Shown here one piece after another: positions 9,705 to 20,000 of a DNA stretch of 64,000 nucleotides (its first letter is position 1; each line of letters begins with the position of its first letter). Below the pieces are notes generated by a model. The model was not told where the DNA came from, did no database searches, and was given only the letters and a program-made list of their open reading frames with translations. Source of the stretch: Rhizobium sp. Q54 (GTDB lineage Bacteria; Pseudomonadota; Alphaproteobacteria; Caulobacterales; Caulobacteraceae); assembly GCA_943369795.1 (NCBI GenBank), contig CALROO020000016.1, forward strand, positions 11,104-75,103. Direction: 5' to 3'. The translations under genes were made by a program, and so were the position numbers.

Positions 9705-10327
9705 TCGTCGTCCTCGATCCAGGCCTCGCCCCACGCCTCGGCCGCCTCGGCCTTGGCCTCGTCCTCCGCCATGACCGACAGGGCCAATGCGGCGATCTTG
9801 CGCCTCAACTCCTCCAGCACGATCCCGTCTTTCTCGGCCGTCCGGATCCGGTCCCCGGCCGGTCCCGCCACCCCCTCGCGCGCCAGCCGGTTATAGCTTT
9901 CCGCCAGCCCGGCCAGGGCCTTGGCCTCGCCCCACAGCCGCCCCTTCATCGCCCGCCCGGACGCCAGGGTGGCCAGGGACGCCAGGGCCGCCGGATCCCC
10001 GTCCTCGGGCCGATCCTCCAGCGTCGTCACGAACAGGGTCGTCAGCCCCGGCTCCATCGCCCCCTCGCGCGGCCCCAGCTTCGCATCCCGCGCCTGTCGG
10101 GCCAGGTTCACCGCCTTGGCATGCGCCCGCGCCCGCTGATCCCCGCAATCCCGCTTGGTCATCCCGGCGGCCCCGACGTGGCGATAGATCGAGTTCGCCG
10201 CCACCTTCCACTTGGCCCCCAGCTGTTTGGCCGTGGCCCCATTGGCGTACTCCTCGACGATGATGGCCCATGTCTCGTCGCTCAGACGGAAATAGGTGGC
10301 GGGCGCTTCGGCACAGGCTCTGGACAT
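9701..10327 (-). CDS. Hypothetical protein with N-terminal HTH-like region
   Basis: RLSDETWAIIVEEYANGATAKQLGAKWKVAANSIYRH; start chosen at the ATG at 10327. Confidence 0.65.
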   Translation of the reverse strand: MSRACAEAPATYFRLSDETWAIIVEEYANGATAKQLGAKWKVAANSIYRHVGAAGMTKRDCGDQRARAHAKAVNLARQARDAKLGPREGAMEPGLTTLFVTTLEDRPEDGDPAALASLATLASGRAMKGRLWGEAKALAGLAESYNRLAREGVAGPAGDRIRTAEKDGIVLEELRRKIAALALSVMAEDEAKAEAAEAWGEAWIEDDD

Positions 10328-10472
10328 GAAACACAGCCTAACCCCGCCCCGACCCCAGGCGAGATCGGCGCATGAATTTTCCCGCAAGCTCTTGTTCTGG
10401 AACGCCCCGATCGGCGAAATTGCGCGGGTTACCGCCGTTTACCCCGACATATCCGCACCGATCGCACCTATG

Positions 10473-10526
10473 CTCCCCATCGCGCAGCGATGGGGAGGGG
10501 GACCGCGCATAGCGTGGTGGAGGGGC
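10473..10526. repeat. Solo REP-like palindromic arm
   Basis: CTCCCCATCGC-GCA-GCGATGGGGAG hairpin followed by GGGGACC...GGTGGAGGGG; resembles the left arm of the 54071 element. Confidence 0.6.
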
Positions 10527-10554
10527 TCCGGACGCCCCGCCGGCTTCTCCCAGC

Positions 10555-11397
10555 CTACCCCTCGCCACCCTTCAACGCCTTCACCTTGGCCCGCGCGATC
10601 TGTGCTATGCTCGTCTCCGGCGTCGGCAACTTCTCGGGCATGGTCCCGCCCAGCTCCGAGATCGTGCTGCGGACCTTCTTGCCCACGGCATGATGGATGT
10701 CGTTCGCCTGCGCCTTGCTGCTCGCCCCGTCCCGCCTCAGCTTGTCCTCGGCCTGGGTGGCCCGAAACAGGTTCGCCGCCAGTTCGGTGGAGCCCATGTG
10801 ATCCAGAATTTTCTGGCTCTTCTTCAGGCCCTTCAGCGCGTGGATGTCGCGCATGGTCCGGCCGCCATACAGACCGCGATAGCCGTGATCCTGAAAGATC
10901 GCATAGTCCAACCCGGTCTCCACCCCGGCCTGCCGGGCGGCCGATGCCAGCGCCGTATTGTGCTGCGCCATCTCGCGCCGGAGCATCATTCGCCGGTCGT
11001 CTTCCGACAGAGACCCGAACGCCGGATCGTCCGCAATCTCCTGCCGCCGGGTCTGAACCGCGAAATAGGTTTGCCCCGCCGCAATCACCGGCTTGGACGG
11101 ATCGCCGTTCTGAACGATCAGGTAACAGGCATACCGCGACAGCCGCACATCGGCGACCTCGCGCTGGGCACCGGACCCCAAGTCGACCATTCTGGTGACG
11201 TCACCGAAATGGTCCGCCGGATCGAGCCCCGCCGCCGAGGCCGATACCCGAGCCTTCTCGATCACGGCCAGGAAGTTCCGGTATTCCTGATAACCCAGCA
11301 CCGGCGCCAACTGCCGCGCCAGCCAGTGCTCCGCGCCCTCGTCTTCGTGGCGGATCGACTCGAACGAGTCGCGGTGCGGAGGGGCGATGTTGGTCAT
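10555..11397 (-). CDS. dinD: DNA damage-inducible protein D
   Basis: FESIRH...HWLARQLAPVLGY.EYRNF...LSRYACYLIVQNGDPSKP.IA.GQTYFAVQTRRQE...ILDHMGSTELAANLFRATQAE. Confidence 0.92.
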   Translation of the reverse strand: MTNIAPPHRDSFESIRHEDEGAEHWLARQLAPVLGYQEYRNFLAVIEKARVSASAAGLDPADHFGDVTRMVDLGSGAQREVADVRLSRYACYLIVQNGDPSKPVIAAGQTYFAVQTRRQEIADDPAFGSLSEDDRRMMLRREMAQHNTALASAARQAGVETGLDYAIFQDHGYRGLYGGRTMRDIHALKGLKKSQKILDHMGSTELAANLFRATQAEDKLRRDGASSKAQANDIHHAVGKKVRSTISELGGTMPEKLPTPETSIAQIARAKVKALKGGEG

Positions 11398-11418
11398 TCG
11401 ACGACTATCGCGCGATTG

Positions 11419-11433
11419 GAACAAATTGGCAAC
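11419..11433. promoter_or_regulatory. Near-consensus alphaproteobacterial LexA (SOS) box
   Basis: GAAC-AAATTGG-CAAC, one mismatch to GAAC-N7-GAAC, 21 bp upstream of dinD. Confidence 0.6.
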
Positions 11434-11468
11434 TTTCTGGTCGGCGAGAACCGGGCTATTCTGGCATT

Positions 11469-11693
11469 ATGGAAACCTGCAAACCCTCCCTCAGTCCCGC
11501 AAACCTCAGAGTACTGGGCGCTGTGATCCACCTGACGCGTGAGCACAATCACGCGCCGACGCTTCAGCAGGTCGCAACGGCAGTTGGCTTGAAAGCCAAG
11601 TCAACGATCTGCGTCCACATGAAGAAGCTTGAGGCTGCCGGACGTATCCGTCGGGACTACCGGCACGAAGTGATCATCACTCTTCTACCCTGA
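11469..11693 (+). CDS. LexA N-terminal DNA-binding-domain-only protein
   Basis: LSPANLRVL..I....EHNHAPTLQQVATAVGLKAKSTICVHMKKLEAAGRIRR matches the LexA winged-HTH pattern; no C-terminal peptidase domain. Confidence 0.7.
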   Translation: METCKPSLSPANLRVLGAVIHLTREHNHAPTLQQVATAVGLKAKSTICVHMKKLEAAGRIRRDYRHEVIITLLP

Positions 11694-11903
11694 CGGCAGC
11701 CGCGCCAGACCGGCCGGATATGGATGCCGATGCCAGAAACAGTCCCCCGGGCGTGGAGCCGGGCTGGTCGCGGCATGCAGGCGGGAGCGATAGCCGATCG
11801 CATGGATCAGTCGGCGCACGTTGAGTTCGGACGCGATATTCTTGCCGCGAACGCGGGACATGCGTTTGGAACGCAGATCAGGGTTGAGAGTGTCGGATTT
11901 CAT
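11685..11903 (-). pseudogene. vsr: Degenerate very-short-patch repair endonuclease
   Basis: DTLNPDLRSKRMSRVRGKN..SEL.VRRLIHAIGYRSRLH and DCFWHRH are recognisable; the PDLVF..VIFVH core and the C-terminal half are missing. Confidence 0.8.
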
Positions 11904-11917
11904 TCCAGCCGACACCA

Positions 11918-13825
11918 TTACCCCTGAATGGCAGTCCGACCGAGCAAATCGTCAGCGATCGAGGTGGCACGCTCCTCCCAGAAGACCGGCAGCCCGGCGG
12001 CTTGATTGATCAGCTCGCCATAAACCGGCTCCGAAAGGTAATGAGCATGAAGTACTTGCCCGTGAGTGGTGGGTGTAACGCCACTATCGGACAGTGCTTT
12101 TCCTGGTGCCTTGGCCTTCCACTTCGCATTGCTGCTGCGAAGCATCGGGGTGAGATTGGCGACACACTCAACAGTCCCCCTACCGTCGCCTCTCCAAGCC
12201 TCAAGCTGCGCTGTGACGAAGTTGTCTCGGACCCAGGCCTTCGGATAGAGGTGATGGACCTCAACCGGCTCAGACGATTTGCCTAAGACGATGCTCTTCA
12301 TCGGCTCCAAAATATCGAAGCCAGGCCGCGTAAGAAGGGGCAAGACAAGTGCCTTACCAAACGCCCCTGCTGGCTTCGCATCTAACAAAGAAGCCGTGAG
12401 AGAACTCCTTGAGGGTGCTGGAGCGACATTCTCGTCGAGCATAAACGTGGCCGCAGTAGCCCAATCGCCGAAATTTGCAGCTGCCGCATAGCCATCAAGC
12501 AAATCTGACAGCAATTTCAGATCTGTTGCCATTTTGGTCAGGAAACCCTGATCATACCTACTAGTTAGGCAATTTCTCCAAAAGAATGCTCTGTATAGAG
12601 CGTCAATCGCGTCAACCTGCCATTCTCGACCGTCAACCTTATTGGTCCACCGCAAGCCGACGTAAACCGCCGCGCTAACGGGGTACGGGCATGACTTCAT
12701 CGCGAATTTGTTGCGAGCCACGCACGTTTGAAAATCGCCGATGTAGGAGGCCAATTCATCCGTTTTGGATATTACCTCTTTCCAATGCTCGGTTGGCGTG
12801 GCCAGCAGATCGCCCGACTTCACCGAAGCGACTGGCGATTGCTTTCCCCCAACCTTGCGGGGAGGCGAAGGATTCTGTTCCGCTAGGTATGTGGCAGTGA
12901 CGAACTGCGCGATAAGTTCAGGGCGGTCTTCCGGGTCTGACCACCCAAGCGCCCCGGGTCGCTGGCCCAGCTCCCGAATCCATTCCCTAAGAAGGGTCGG
13001 TCCTCCTGCATCATCCGTTGTATCGGCGTAGAGCCAAGAATGGATGAGATCGACCGTTGAGACCTTGGTCCCAGTCGTGTTCAAAGTTTCAAAAATCTCG
13101 CAAATCGTTCCAAGATCGTATTTTCTAGGCACGACATAAACCGCAAGAGAAGTTTCAGTTATCCCATTGATTGCATTGTCTAGAATCTCGGCGCGGCGAT
13201 CTAATTCATCCCTCGGCGGAAGATTCCCATCCTTATAGTATTGGTCATCCATCAGATCACGAGAGTACTTAATCCACTGCTTCTTGATGGTCTCACTGCT
13301 CGTGAGATCCATCTCGAACGGAAAAAGTCCGGCGGCAATGCAGTGAGCCAGAGTGTCGAGCCCCTGCGCTTCAATCTCGCTGATTTTCTTGAACACGATC
13401 CGGTCGATCGCTTCATCGGCAGTCACATTGAGGAAGAATTTTCCAGCATGGCGACGCCTAGCGTCCGTGGCCCGGAGTCCACCGAAAGCCATGGCGATCG
13501 CCGTTGACCTTTGCCGGCCATCAAGAATCGCAAAGGCCTTGTTCGTTCGATCTGCATTGTCGCCGAAATATATCAGGTTGCTCTCATCCAAATCCGCTGG
13601 ACTGTCCGGAAGCGAGACATGCTCCAGGTCCAAACCGGAATTATCCGGCTGTTCCCACAGGGTCATCATTCCTATCGGTCTGGAATCGATGATCGAATGC
13701 AGGAGAGAGATTACGTCTGCAGTGCTCCAGACAAACTCTCGCTGGAAGCGAGGCACGAGGTACTCCCCCTCCCGGAGCTTGTTTACGAGCTCAGGAATCT
13801 GAATGCTGGTGACCAACTCGCTCAT
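11918..13825 (-). CDS. DUF262 (GmrSD-like) protein with C-terminal HNH-like motif; putative restriction/defence nuclease
   Basis: PRFQREFVW, ILDGRQR and FETLNTTG DUF262 motifs; EVHHLYPK...ANLTPM...N at the C-terminus; visibly lower GC than the flanks. Confidence 0.85.
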   Translation of the reverse strand: MSELVTSIQIPELVNKLREGEYLVPRFQREFVWSTADVISLLHSIIDSRPIGMMTLWEQPDNSGLDLEHVSLPDSPADLDESNLIYFGDNADRTNKAFAILDGRQRSTAIAMAFGGLRATDARRRHAGKFFLNVTADEAIDRIVFKKISEIEAQGLDTLAHCIAAGLFPFEMDLTSSETIKKQWIKYSRDLMDDQYYKDGNLPPRDELDRRAEILDNAINGITETSLAVYVVPRKYDLGTICEIFETLNTTGTKVSTVDLIHSWLYADTTDDAGGPTLLREWIRELGQRPGALGWSDPEDRPELIAQFVTATYLAEQNPSPPRKVGGKQSPVASVKSGDLLATPTEHWKEVISKTDELASYIGDFQTCVARNKFAMKSCPYPVSAAVYVGLRWTNKVDGREWQVDAIDALYRAFFWRNCLTSRYDQGFLTKMATDLKLLSDLLDGYAAAANFGDWATAATFMLDENVAPAPSRSSLTASLLDAKPAGAFGKALVLPLLTRPGFDILEPMKSIVLGKSSEPVEVHHLYPKAWVRDNFVTAQLEAWRGDGRGTVECVANLTPMLRSSNAKWKAKAPGKALSDSGVTPTTHGQVLHAHYLSEPVYGELINQAAGLPVFWEERATSIADDLLGRTAIQG

Positions 13826-13850
13826 TTTTTTCCTTTAGATCGCCAGACAA

Positions 13851-13865
13851 GAACAACGAGAGAAC
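13851..13865. promoter_or_regulatory. Perfect alphaproteobacterial LexA (SOS) box
   Basis: GAAC-AACGAGA-GAAC (GTTC-N7-GTTC on the coding strand), 25 bp upstream of the DUF262 start. Confidence 0.7.
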
Positions 13866-13883
13866 GCCATTTAGGCGCGAGAC

Positions 13884-15692
13884 TCAATCATCATCCATCT
13901 TAAGCGCCGCGATAAACGCCTCCTGCGGGATCTCCACCTTCCCGAACTGGCGCATGCGCTTCTTGCCGGCCTTCTGCTTTTCCAGCAGCTTCTTCTTCCG
14001 CGTCGCGTCGCCGCCGTAGCATTTGGACGTGACGTCCTTCCTCAGCGCCCGCACGGTCTCGCGGGCGATGATCTTGCCGCCGATGGCGGCCTGGATCGGG
14101 ATGACGAACATGTGGGGCGGGATCAGGTCCTTCATCTTCTCGACCATGCCCCGGCCGCGCGTCTCGGCGCGGGCGCGGTGGACCAGCATGCTGAGGGCGT
14201 CGACCGGCTCGGCATTGACCAGGATGCTCATCTTGACCAGGTCGCCGACCTTGTAGTCGGTCAGTTCGTAATCGAAGGAGGCATAGCCCTTGCTGATCGA
14301 CTTCAGCCGGTCGTAGAAGTCGAACACCACCTCGTTCAGCGGCAGCTCATAGACCACCAGCGCGCGGCTGCCGACATAGCTCAGCTCGACCTGCGACCCG
14401 CGCCGGTCCTGACACAGCTTGATGACCCCACCCAGATATTCGTCCGGCGTCAGGATGGTGGCCTTGATCCAGGGTTCGCTGATGGTCTCGATCTGCATCA
14501 CGTCAGGCAGGTCGGCGGGGTTGTGCAGGTCGATCTCGCGCCCGTCCCGCAGCCCGATCTTGTAGACCACCGACGGGGCCGTCGCGATCAGGTCGAGGTT
14601 GAACTCGCGGCTGAGGCGTTCCTGGATGATCTCCAGATGCAACAACCCCAGAAAGCCGCAGCGGAAGCCGAAGCCCAGGGCCGCGCTGGATTCCATCTCG
14701 AAGGTGAACGACGCATCGTTCAGCCGCAGCCGGCCGATGGCGGCGCGCAGATCTTCGAAATCGGCGGCATCGACCGGGAACAGGCCGCAGAACACCACCG
14801 ACTGCACGTCCTTGAACCCCTTCAGAGGCTCGGCCGTCGGTTTCTTTTCGTCGGTGATGGTGTCGCCGACGGCGGCGTCGGCGACTTCCTTGATCTGGGC
14901 GGTGATGAAGCCGACCTCGCCGGGCCCCAGGCTCTCGACCGGGGTGTTCTTGGGCAGGAAGACCCCGACCCGGTCGATCAGATGGGTCGAGCCGTTCTGC
15001 ATCATCTTGACGCGCATCCCGGCCTTCAGCGTCCCGTCGAACACCCGCACCAGCACCACGACGCCCAGATACGGATCGTACCAGGCATCGACCAGCAGGG
15101 CCTTCAGCGGCGCATCCGGGTCGCCCTTCGGCGCCGGCAGGCGGGTGACGATGGCCTCCAGCACATCCTCGATGCCGATACCGGACTTGGCGCTGCACAG
15201 GACGGCGTCGGAGGCGTCGATGCCGATGACGTCCTCGATCTGCTGCCTGACCCGATCTGGCTCCGCCGCCGGCAAGTCGATCTTGTTAAGGACAGGCACG
15301 ATCTCGTGATTGTTGTCGATCGCCTGATAGACATTCGCGAGCGTCTGGGCCTCGACCCCCTGCGATGCATCGACCACCAGCAGCGACCCCTCGCACGCCG
15401 CCAGCGAACGGGACACTTCGTAGGCAAAGTCCACATGCCCCGGCGTGTCCATCAGGTTGAGCACATAGTCCAGCCCGTCATGCGCCTTGTAGTTCAGCCG
15501 CACGGTCTGGGCCTTGATCGTGATCCCCCGCTCCTTCTCGATGTCCATGTTGTCAAGGACTTGCGCCGACATTTCGCGCGCCGTCAGGCCGCCCGTGACC
15601 TGGATCAGCCGATCGGACAGAGTCGATTTGCCATGGTCGATATGGGCGACCACGGAGAAGTTTCGGATGCGTTCGATGGGGGGTGTCGTCAT
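13884..15692 (-). CDS. lepA: Translation elongation factor 4
   Basis: [60 protein letters not shown]. Confidence 0.99.
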   Translation of the reverse strand: MTTPPIERIRNFSVVAHIDHGKSTLSDRLIQVTGGLTAREMSAQVLDNMDIEKERGITIKAQTVRLNYKAHDGLDYVLNLMDTPGHVDFAYEVSRSLAACEGSLLVVDASQGVEAQTLANVYQAIDNNHEIVPVLNKIDLPAAEPDRVRQQIEDVIGIDASDAVLCSAKSGIGIEDVLEAIVTRLPAPKGDPDAPLKALLVDAWYDPYLGVVVLVRVFDGTLKAGMRVKMMQNGSTHLIDRVGVFLPKNTPVESLGPGEVGFITAQIKEVADAAVGDTITDEKKPTAEPLKGFKDVQSVVFCGLFPVDAADFEDLRAAIGRLRLNDASFTFEMESSAALGFGFRCGFLGLLHLEIIQERLSREFNLDLIATAPSVVYKIGLRDGREIDLHNPADLPDVMQIETISEPWIKATILTPDEYLGGVIKLCQDRRGSQVELSYVGSRALVVYELPLNEVVFDFYDRLKSISKGYASFDYELTDYKVGDLVKMSILVNAEPVDALSMLVHRARAETRGRGMVEKMKDLIPPHMFVIPIQAAIGGKIIARETVRALRKDVTSKCYGGDATRKKKLLEKQKAGKKRMRQFGKVEIPQEAFIAALKMDDD

Positions 15693-15902
15693 GGTGCGGC
15701 GCGGTTAGCACGGCGGGGCCGGTTCGCCAAAGCGGCATGGGGTCCGCCGCCTTTCCGGCGCGGGGATTACTTCGACGTAATGGGTCGCCTCCGGGTTTGA
15801 GCTTGGCAGCCGAAAACGGTAATCAACGCCTGATGACAAGCGGGTTGGGCCCGCACACCGCGCCGTGGGCTCCCCGACCTTCGGCCGATCAGGGGACAGA
15901 CC

Positions 15903-17030
15903 GTGCTTCGAGCCACCACGTTTCGCGCCTTCGGCCTCGCCCTAGCCCTGACATCGAGCCTCGCGGCCTGCCATGGCGGCGACGCCAAGAAGGAGGAGGC
16001 CGCACCGTCCAGCCAGACCGTCACGGTGGCCACGGCGACTCGCACCGACCTGCCCCGCGTCATCTCGGCCTCCGGCAGCGTCTCGGCCTGGGAGGAGGTC
16101 CCCGTCGGGGCCGAGACCGGCGGTCTGGTCGCCACCTCGGTGCTGGTCGATGAAGGATCCTACGTTCGCCAGGGCCAGCCCCTGGTCCAGCTGAACACCG
16201 CCCTGTTGTCCGCCCAGGTCCGCCAGCAGCAGGCCGCCCTTCAGACGGCCGAGGCCAATGCGTCGCGCGACGATGCCGCCCTGGCCCGAGCGCAGGAGCT
16301 GAAGGAACGCGGCTTCCTCAGCCAGGCCTCGCTGGATACGGCCCTGGCCAATCAGCGCAGCTCGACCGCCGGCGTCGCCCAGGCGCGGGCCAGCCTGTCC
16401 CAATCCCAGACCCAGCTGTCACAGGCCACCATCCGCGCGCCGGTGTCCGGCCTGATCATCAGCCGCAGCGTCACGCGCGGCCAGATCGTCGCTGCCGGGA
16501 CAGAGCTGTTCCGCATGGTCCGCGACGGCCGTCTGGAGCTGGACGCCCAGGTGCCGGAGACCGACCTGCCGCTGCTGCGTGCCGGAATGACCGCAGACAT
16601 CGTCTCGGATCAGGCGGGCCAGACCACCGGCTCGATCCGCATCGTCACCCCGGAGGTGGACCCCCAGACGCGTCTCGGCGTCGCCCGCATCGCCCTGGCA
16701 TCCGGTAACGGCCTGCGCCCCGGCATGTTCGCCCGCGCCACCATCGACGCCGGAACCCAGCCGGGGGTCAGCGTGCCGACGGCCTCGGTCCTTTACCGCG
16801 AGAACCGCGCGGGCGTCTTCGTGCTTCAGGCCAACAACACCGTCACCTTCGTGCCGGTGACCGTGGCGGGTCGCGACGATCAGCGCACCTCGGTCGGCAA
16901 TATCCAGCCGGGGGCTCGCGTCGTGGTCTCGGGCGCCGGGTTCCTGAACGAGGGCGACCGGGTGTCGGTCCAGGCGACGCCCCCGGCGACCGCCGCACCG
17001 GCCACGACGACCGCTCCGGCCCGGAAGTGA
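15903..17030 (+). CDS. RND efflux periplasmic adaptor (membrane fusion lipoprotein)
   Basis: Lipobox LAAC; lipoyl half-motifs VDEGSYVRQGQPL and IRAPVSG; LRPGMFA. Confidence 0.92.
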   Translation: MLRATTFRAFGLALALTSSLAACHGGDAKKEEAAPSSQTVTVATATRTDLPRVISASGSVSAWEEVPVGAETGGLVATSVLVDEGSYVRQGQPLVQLNTALLSAQVRQQQAALQTAEANASRDDAALARAQELKERGFLSQASLDTALANQRSSTAGVAQARASLSQSQTQLSQATIRAPVSGLIISRSVTRGQIVAAGTELFRMVRDGRLELDAQVPETDLPLLRAGMTADIVSDQAGQTTGSIRIVTPEVDPQTRLGVARIALASGNGLRPGMFARATIDAGTQPGVSVPTASVLYRENRAGVFVLQANNTVTFVPVTVAGRDDQRTSVGNIQPGARVVVSGAGFLNEGDRVSVQATPPATAAPATTTAPARK

Positions 17031-17034
17031 GGTC

Positions 17035-20000
17035 ATGAACAACATCTCCTCCTGGGCGATCAAGAACCCGATCCCGATCATCCTGCTGTTCGTCCTGCTG
17101 ACGGTCGGCGGGCTGGTCGGCTTCATGGGGATGCGGATCAACAACAACCCCGACATCGCCTTTCCGCTGGTTTCGATCACCGCCGCCCGCCCCGGCGCGG
17201 CTCCCGCCGAGATGGAGACCCAGGTCACGCGGTTGATCGAGGATTCCCTGGCCGGCCAGTCCGGCGTGCGCCAGATCACGTCCCAGATCCTGGACGGCGT
17301 CTCGATCACCACGGTCCAGTTCGAGCTGGAAACCGACGTCGAGCGCGCCACCAACGACACCCGAAACGCCGTCAGCCAGCTGCGCGCCGACCTGCCGCAG
17401 GACATGCAGGAACCGACGGTCGCCCGGATCGACATCACCGGCGACGCCCTGATCACCTATGTCGTCCGCTCCGGCACCATGAGCCCGGAACAGATCAGCT
17501 GGTTCGTCGACAACACCATTTCCCGCCAGCTTCTGGCCATCCCCGGCGTGGGCGAGGTCAACCGCTCGGGCGGGGTCGATCGCGAGATCCGGGTCGAGCT
17601 GGATCCCGACCGGCTGAATGCTTACGGCGTGACCGCCGCCCAGATCAGCCAGGCCCTGACCTCGGTCAACAACAACCTGCCCGGCGGGCGGATCACCGTC
17701 GGCGGGTCCGAGCGCGCGATCCGCACCGTGGGCCAGGCCGGGTCGGTCGATCAGCTGGCCGCAACCCTGATCCCGCTGTCGGCGGGCCGCACCATCCGGC
17801 TGGACCAGCTGGGCACCGTCTCCGACAGCTGGACCGAACCCCGCACCCTGGCCCGGTTCAATGGCCAGGAGGCCGTGACCTTCAGCTTCCTGCGCTCGCG
17901 CGAGGCGTCGGAGGTCACGGTCGCAGACCGCGTCCGCGAGCGTGTCGCCGAACTGGACGAGGCCAATCCCCAACTGGAGATCGAACAGGTCACCGCCAGC
18001 GTCGAATATATCGAGGAGAGCTACCTCGCCTCGCTGGAAGCTCTGGCCCTGGGTGCCTTTCTGGCGGTCGTGGTGGTGTTCATTTTCCTGCGCGACTGGC
18101 GCGCGACCCTGATCGCGGCGACGGCCATGCCGCTGTCGCTGATCCCAACCTTCATGATCCTGGAGCCGCTGAACCAGTCGCTTAACGTGGTCACCCTGCT
18201 GGCCCTGTCGCTGACCATCGGCATCCTGGTGGACGACGCCATCGTGGAGATCGAGAACATCGTCCGGCATATGCGGGACGGCAAATCCCCGTATGACGCC
18301 TCGATGGAGGCGGCCGACGAGATCGGCCTGGCGGTCGTGGCGACAACGGCCACCATCATCGCGGTGTTCGCGCCCGTCGGATTCATGCCGGGTATCATCG
18401 GCCAGTTCTTCAAGGCGTTTGCCCTCGCGGCCTGTGTGTCCGTGGCCTTCTCCCTGGTCGTGGCGCGGACCCTGACGCCGCTGATGGCCGCCTATCTGCT
18501 GCGTCACCACAAGCATGAGGACCGCGATCCGCCGTGGATGCGGACCTATCTGAAGATGCTGCGCTGGTGCCTGGGCAATCGGTGGAAGGTGTTCGGCATG
18601 GGCATCGCCCTGTTCATCGGCACCGGTGCGATCGCCCCCATGGTTCCGTTCGAGTTCCAGCCGTCGGGCGACCAGTCGCGCGCCGCCTTTTCGGTCGAGA
18701 CCCCGCCCGGATCGACGCTGCGCGAGACCGACGCCATCGTCCAGCGGCTGACGCGCGATCTGCGCGCCCGACCCGAGGTCGTGTCCGTCTATGCCGCCAT
18801 CGGCGGGCAGGACGTGAACCAGGCCAATGTCTATGCCGACATGGTGCCCAAGGGCGACCGCGATCTGAGCCAGCAGGCCTTTGCCCGCGAAATGGTCGAC
18901 AGCTGGGACGGTATCGCCGGAGCCCGCATCGGAGCCGGGATCGCGATCCAGGGCGGTGGTCCCAGCGACGGCACGACCTACACCTTCGCCCTGCTCGGCG
19001 ACGATCCCGCGACGCTGGCCGCCGCTTCGCGCGCCGTGGAGGCCGAGATGCGCACCGTCCCGGGCCTCGCCAATGTCATCAACACCGCCTCTATCGCCCG
19101 ACCCGAGATCGTCGTTACCCCTCGCCCGGACCAGGCCGCCCTGATGGGCGTCTCGGCCCAGACGATCAGCCAGGCCGTGCGCGTGGCGACCCTGGGCGAC
19201 GTCGATCAGGCCCTGGCCAAATACAATCTCGGCGACCGCCAGATCCCGATCCGCATCTTGTTGAACCCCGATGCGCGAGAGAACCTGGCGGTGATCGAGA
19301 ACCTGCGGGTGCCGAACGGCGAGGGCACGCCCATCCCGCTCAGCGCCGTCGCCGACGTCTCGTTCGGGTCGGGCCCGTCCCAGGTGCTGCGCCAGGACCG
19401 TTCCCGCATCGCCTCGATCACCGCAGAGCTGAACGGCATCCGCTCCGGCGAGGCCTCCGCCGCCGTGCTGCAACTCCCGTCGGTCCAGAACCTGCCCGAA
19501 GGCGTGCGCCAGGTGGCGGCGGGCGACGAGGAGTTCATCCAGGAGATGATCTCCGGCTTCACCATCGCCTTCATCACCGGCATCCTGCTGATGTATGCGG
19601 TGCTCGTCCTGCTGTTCAAGAGTTTCGCCTATCCGATCACCATCATGGCGGCCCTGCCCCTGGCCATCGGCGGGGCCTTCGTGGCCCTGTTGATCGGGGG
19701 ATCCAGCTTCTCGATCTCGTCCCTGATCGGGGTGCTGATGCTGATGGGGATCGCGGCCAAGAACTCCATCCTGCTGGTCGATTACGTCATCATCGCCGAG
19801 AAGGAGGGCATGCCCCGCTTCGAGGCCATCATGGACGCTGCGCACAAGCGGGCGCGTCCCATCTTGATGACCACCTTCGCGATGGGGGCCGGCATGATTC
19901 CGGTCGCCGTGGGCTGGGGTGCCGACGTCGAGTTCCGCCAGCCGATGGCCATCGCCGTGGTCGGCGGGCTGATCTCCTCCACCCTGCTGTCGCTGCTCTA

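Noticed and set aside
9701-9715. DDD-stop ending of the hypothetical protein as the displaced original lepA 3' end (att repeat)
   Set aside because: The match is only about 10 bp of low-complexity GAC codons, too short to support an att site.
9701-13865. Prophage or integrative element
   Set aside because: No integrase, structural, replication or conjugation genes and no att pair were found. It is treated only as a small islet.
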